From a virus (lineage: Duplodnaviria; Caudoviricetes), in IMG/VR virus record IMGVR_UViG_3300049914_000047, positions 1 to 40,353 of that record: a stretch of DNA of 40,353 nucleotides. The stretch is one strand, 5' to 3'. A model generated the notes under the pieces. It was given only the letters and a program-made list of their open reading frames with translations, searched no databases and was not told the origin of the DNA. Both the position numbers and the translations under genes were made by a program. This document shows positions 36,922 to 40,353 of the stretch, one piece after another (within the stretch, counting starts at the first letter, position 1; each line of letters begins with the position of its first letter).

Positions 36922-37072
36922 TCAATGGCTTTATATTTCGCTCAGCTCGCTTGGTCTGTTTTGCATTTATGGATTATACCGGATAGTAAAATCGATCGCT
37001 AATTCTCAACGGCAGATGGAAATAAAACAACATAGTGATTCGATGGAAATTCATCTTTTCATAGGGAGCTAA
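36911..37072 (+). CDS. Small membrane protein (53 aa)
   Basis: MTDDQWLYISLSSLGLFCIYGLY...; fills the operon gap. Confidence 0.45.
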   Translation: MTDDQWLYISLSSLGLFCIYGLYRIVKSIANSQRQMEIKQHSDSMEIHLFIGS

Positions 37073-37074
37073 TC

Positions 37075-37293
37075 ATGACAATCGATCTATCAAACATACC
37101 CGGCATGAAAGATTGGCATGCATGTAAGAGTTGTAGAGAAGTATGGATACCAGGCAATCAGGAAATATGCTGGAGATGTATAACATTGGACGCGCAAAGG
37201 ATTCAGGCAAAGATGGAAAGCAAAAAGGTTCAAGAGACGCGCGCAATATCTTTAGAATTTAAAAAGATACCAATTCCGATTTTTATGAATTAA
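37075..37293 (+). CDS. Small Zn-finger-like protein
   Basis: CKSC...CWRC; GGGAG SD. Confidence 0.65.
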   Translation: MTIDLSNIPGMKDWHACKSCREVWIPGNQEICWRCITLDAQRIQAKMESKKVQETRAISLEFKKIPIPIFMN

Positions 37294-37306
37294 CCAGGAG
37301 AATGTT

Positions 37307-37522
37307 ATGGCATGGGAGCGTTGTAGTAGATGTCTTGAGCTGGTAGATATCACCGGCGTAATTCTTTGGGAAGGTTTATGTGAAATTTGCACCGACGAAT
37401 TGCACAAAGAAAAAAAAGAGAAGCTTGAAAACGATGAAATAATAAACGACCTGCAGGAACTTAACGAGCAAAGCATGGTAGAAACGATGCACACGATGAA
37501 CGAACTATATATGAATCAATAA
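37307..37522 (+). CDS. Small Zn-finger-like protein
   Basis: CSRC...CEIC; AGGAG SD. Confidence 0.65.
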   Translation: MAWERCSRCLELVDITGVILWEGLCEICTDELHKEKKEKLENDEIINDLQELNEQSMVETMHTMNELYMNQ

Positions 37523-37575
37523 CAATAACGCGAGCCGATCACTCGCAATAATAAACAATCACCAGGAGACATATC

Positions 37576-38478
37576 ATGGAAAAAACAAATACAGAGACCC
37601 CGGTCGTAATAAACGACGGCAGTAATTTCCCCATCTTAAAAACAATTGAATGGTTTGATGACCGTTTCTACAAAATACGATTATCGAATGGAGAAATAGA
37701 TTACTTTCCCTCAGTTACCACAGTCCTCGAGGTAGTCAATAAACCGTTCCTCGCGCATTGGCGCGGCGAAATCGGCAACGAACTTGCAGATCAAAAAATG
37801 AATGAAGCAGCGAGAAAAGGAATAGCAATACATCATGCTTGTGCCGTAATTGCACAAGGGGGGCGCGTGGATTGGATCAATAGCGAACTTTCGGAAGAGT
37901 TAGAGCGTGAGAAATCCCTTGCTCAAATGAGGCATTACTTCGGAGATTCATTTTTTGTATTCCGAAGAACGCAAGAGGATTGGATTCATGTCGTTCGATT
38001 TTTCAGGTGGTGGACTGCTCTGAATCCAAAATTGATTTACTCAGAACATAAAGTCTATTCGATGAAGAAAAAGGTTGCCGGTACTCTTGATTTCGCAATT
38101 GAGATCAAAGAAGGTGATTATCAGATTTCAGGCAAGGAACTGATTCATCTTGCCAGCGGAATTTATATTGTTGACCTGAAGACCGGCAAAGAAATTCACG
38201 ATAGTCATTTTCTTCAAGTCGGTCAATATGCCGACATGATCGATGTTCCTATTGTCGGCGCGATGATACTACACACCAACACACAAATACGCACCGGTAT
38301 TGAGGGCGTTAAAACTTATGTGCGAACACTTGAGCAAATCGTTTCCGACATAAAGGACTTCGATGCAGCACATGCTCTATGGCTTAGAGAAAACTCCGCA
38401 TACAAGCCGAAAGTTCTTGAACTTCCCACCTCGCTCTCATTGGTTCCGCTACAAATTAATTCGAATGGAGGTAAATAA
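37576..38478 (+). CDS. PD-(D/E)XK family phage exonuclease
   Basis: PSVTTVL, G.AIH, AGTLD...IVDLKTGK, QVGQYA. Confidence 0.88.
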   Translation: MEKTNTETPVVINDGSNFPILKTIEWFDDRFYKIRLSNGEIDYFPSVTTVLEVVNKPFLAHWRGEIGNELADQKMNEAARKGIAIHHACAVIAQGGRVDWINSELSEELEREKSLAQMRHYFGDSFFVFRRTQEDWIHVVRFFRWWTALNPKLIYSEHKVYSMKKKVAGTLDFAIEIKEGDYQISGKELIHLASGIYIVDLKTGKEIHDSHFLQVGQYADMIDVPIVGAMILHTNTQIRTGIEGVKTYVRTLEQIVSDIKDFDAAHALWLRENSAYKPKVLELPTSLSLVPLQINSNGGK

Positions 38479-38480
38479 TC

Positions 38481-38819
38481 ATGCAACTATCAATCAGAAA
38501 ACAAATAGGGAGTACTACCTATACTTTCCTCGTCGAAGGAAAAAATCTCTTTGACCTTGTTCTTGAATCTGAAAAATTAAGCTTCAGCAACGTCAAGGAA
38601 TGCGGGTTATGCAAATCAGAATCATTATATCTCACCGCGTACAAAACAAAAGAGGATAGTTATAAATATGTGAAGATTGTATGTGCTAAATGTAAAGCCT
38701 CGGTTACGTTTGGGCAACCAAAAGAAAATCCAGACATTTTCTACTTGAGAAAAACCGAAGATAAAAAACTGGATTGGAAAGCATACGAATCTAAAGCATC
38801 GACAGGAGGACGGTCATGA
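38481..38819 (+). CDS. Zn-ribbon hypothetical protein
   Basis: CGLC...CAKC; GGAGG SD. Confidence 0.7.
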   Translation: MQLSIRKQIGSTTYTFLVEGKNLFDLVLESEKLSFSNVKECGLCKSESLYLTAYKTKEDSYKYVKIVCAKCKASVTFGQPKENPDIFYLRKTEDKKLDWKAYESKASTGGRS

Positions 38820-40009
38820 TAGCGACAAAAACAAACTCAATCACCTGTCCAAAATGTGGGCAGGTGATCCCTCTGCAAGAAGCAATAGAGATGCAGATGC
38901 AATCCGAACTTGAAGAAAAAATGAAAGCGGAAACGGAACGCCTTAATATTAATGCTCAAGAAATTATACGAGAAACGGAAATAAAAATCCGTGCGGAACA
39001 AGAGAAACAAATCCAAGAAATCAAAGAACGCGAGAAACGTGCGAAAGCCGATGCAGATCAACGCATCCGTGAGATCGAGGCATTAAACGCACATGCAAAA
39101 GAAGAATTTATTCTAAAGCAACGCGAACTTGAAATGGAAAAAGCACAGTTGAAAGCGGATACTGAAAAGCTTCAATCCGAGAATGAAAGTAAACTTGCCG
39201 AAGCCCGTCAACGAGTGGAACAAGAAACCAAAAAGCGCATTGAGGATGAAAATACGTTGAAACAAGCGCAAGATGCAGTAGCGATGCAATCCTTGAGAAA
39301 AGAGATTGATGACCTGAAACGAAAAGCTGAACAGACATCTCAACAGTTAATCGGCGAGGCGCAAGAGATTGCACTTGAGGATGCTCTTAAAATGGCATTC
39401 CCTGGAGATATCATCGAGCCGGTTCAAAAAGGAATGAAAGGCGCGGATTGTATTCATAGAGTGCGAAGCGACGGCCATGTTGTCGGCACAATTGTTTGGG
39501 AATCCAAAAGAACGAAAGCATGGCTCAATGAATGGATACCGAAACTGAAAGATGACATGCGAACCCTAAATGCCACTCTTGCAATTCTTGTAACTCAGAC
39601 ACTTCCAAGCGATATGACAATCAAAGCCGGACTGCATGACGGCGTGTGGGTAACAGATTTCCCTACTGCAATTCCGATGGCATCGGCTCTACGGGCAGGA
39701 ATCATTTCTACAATGGCAGTGAAAACTTTATCAACTAACTCGGACGGCAAATCGCAGCAATTGCTTGATTACATAATGAGTCCTGATTTCAGAGGCAACA
39801 TGCAGGCAATTATAGAAACTTATGCAGCATTTCAGAATGATCTGGCAGCTGAAAAGAGAGCAGCCGAAAAGCAATGGAAGAAAAGAGAAACGACAATCGT
39901 TAGAGCATTGACGGCAACGAATCGCATATACGGATCACTGCAGGGCATGCTTGGCGATAAGTCAATGCCGGAACTTGAAGTGCAAGAACAAAAACAAATT
40001 GAGGCATAA
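38816..40009 (+). CDS. DUF2130 domain coiled-coil protein
   Basis: ITCPKCG, SQQLIGEAQE..LE..L...FP.D.IEPV.KG..GAD, WESKRTKAW...WIPKLKDD. Confidence 0.9.
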   Translation: MIATKTNSITCPKCGQVIPLQEAIEMQMQSELEEKMKAETERLNINAQEIIRETEIKIRAEQEKQIQEIKEREKRAKADADQRIREIEALNAHAKEEFILKQRELEMEKAQLKADTEKLQSENESKLAEARQRVEQETKKRIEDENTLKQAQDAVAMQSLRKEIDDLKRKAEQTSQQLIGEAQEIALEDALKMAFPGDIIEPVQKGMKGADCIHRVRSDGHVVGTIVWESKRTKAWLNEWIPKLKDDMRTLNATLAILVTQTLPSDMTIKAGLHDGVWVTDFPTAIPMASALRAGIISTMAVKTLSTNSDGKSQQLLDYIMSPDFRGNMQAIIETYAAFQNDLAAEKRAAEKQWKKRETTIVRALTATNRIYGSLQGMLGDKSMPELEVQEQKQIEA

Positions 40010-40015
40010 ATAATC

Positions 40016-40213
40016 ATGAAACAAGAAGAAGAAATCGCCCACGCAGCCGGAATATTTATGAAAGAAATGCACCGTCTTAAGGTGAAATTCGCAATCGTCT
40101 TAAAGTACGAAGACAGTGAAGGAGAAATACGCAGAGAAGAGGTAGCCGATCCTCAAGGATTCGAAATTGAAGCCGCCCATGAATTAATTAAATATTCCAA
40201 GATAAAACCTTAG
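40016..40213 (+). CDS. Hypothetical protein
   Basis: Operon context. Confidence 0.55.
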   Translation: MKQEEEIAHAAGIFMKEMHRLKVKFAIVLKYEDSEGEIRREEVADPQGFEIEAAHELIKYSKIKP

Positions 40214-40353
40214 AGGTATGATCATGAACACCGACATACAAAACGAATTTATCCGGTTGTCGAAGGAAAAGGAAACTGTTGAGAGGCAATTCAAAAACCT
40301 CAATGCGAAACTCGCCGATATTATGAAGCAACTTCCATTAGGCGAGATGTTTC

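Larger units (their letters stand above)
1..40353. mobile_element. Tailed phage/prophage genome segment (siphovirus-like, SPP1-type portal and scaffold)
   Basis: Terminase, portal, scaffold, capsid, tail, tape measure and lysis genes lie in canonical order. No host housekeeping genes are seen. Confidence 0.95.

Noticed and set aside
23281-40353. Apparent rise in GATC/CG-containing words after about 23.3 kb
   Set aside because: This is a visual impression only and was not counted. It is left as a check under the two-module finding.
1-40353. tRNA/rRNA genes, phage integrase, att sites, stop-codon reassignment
   Set aside because: None were recognised, and the genes read through normally in the standard code.

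Overview
The window is most of a tailed (siphovirus-like) phage or prophage genome and looks circularly permuted. In order: the end of an early/middle accessory region (1-5.9 kb), a small leftward operon (6.0-7.2 kb), packaging and head genes (8.5-14.8 kb), two apparent neck/tail modules (15.5-23.3 kb and 23.3-32.1 kb), lysis genes (32.1-34.0 kb), leftward outer-membrane-protein-like genes (34.2-35.8 kb) and the start of an early operon with a PD-(D/E)XK nuclease and a DUF2130 protein (36.4-40.3 kb). The most striking feature is at 121-3485: a phage-borne, integron-like array of seven attC-like hairpins. Each has RYYYAAC/GTTRRRY-type cores and extrahelical T and G bases, and the array ends in an attI-like site. 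No integrase is present in the window. Unlike classical cassettes, the genes run opposite to the canonical attC polarity, several start inside the attC loop and are translated through the stem, six of seven stop on the TAA of the next core, and every cassette body has its own terminal inverted repeat with a bulge at a fixed position. Cargo includes a cytosine methyltransferase with an overlapping second-subunit-like frame and a YopX-family gene. All product calls come from motif recognition and synteny by eye, with no database searches.
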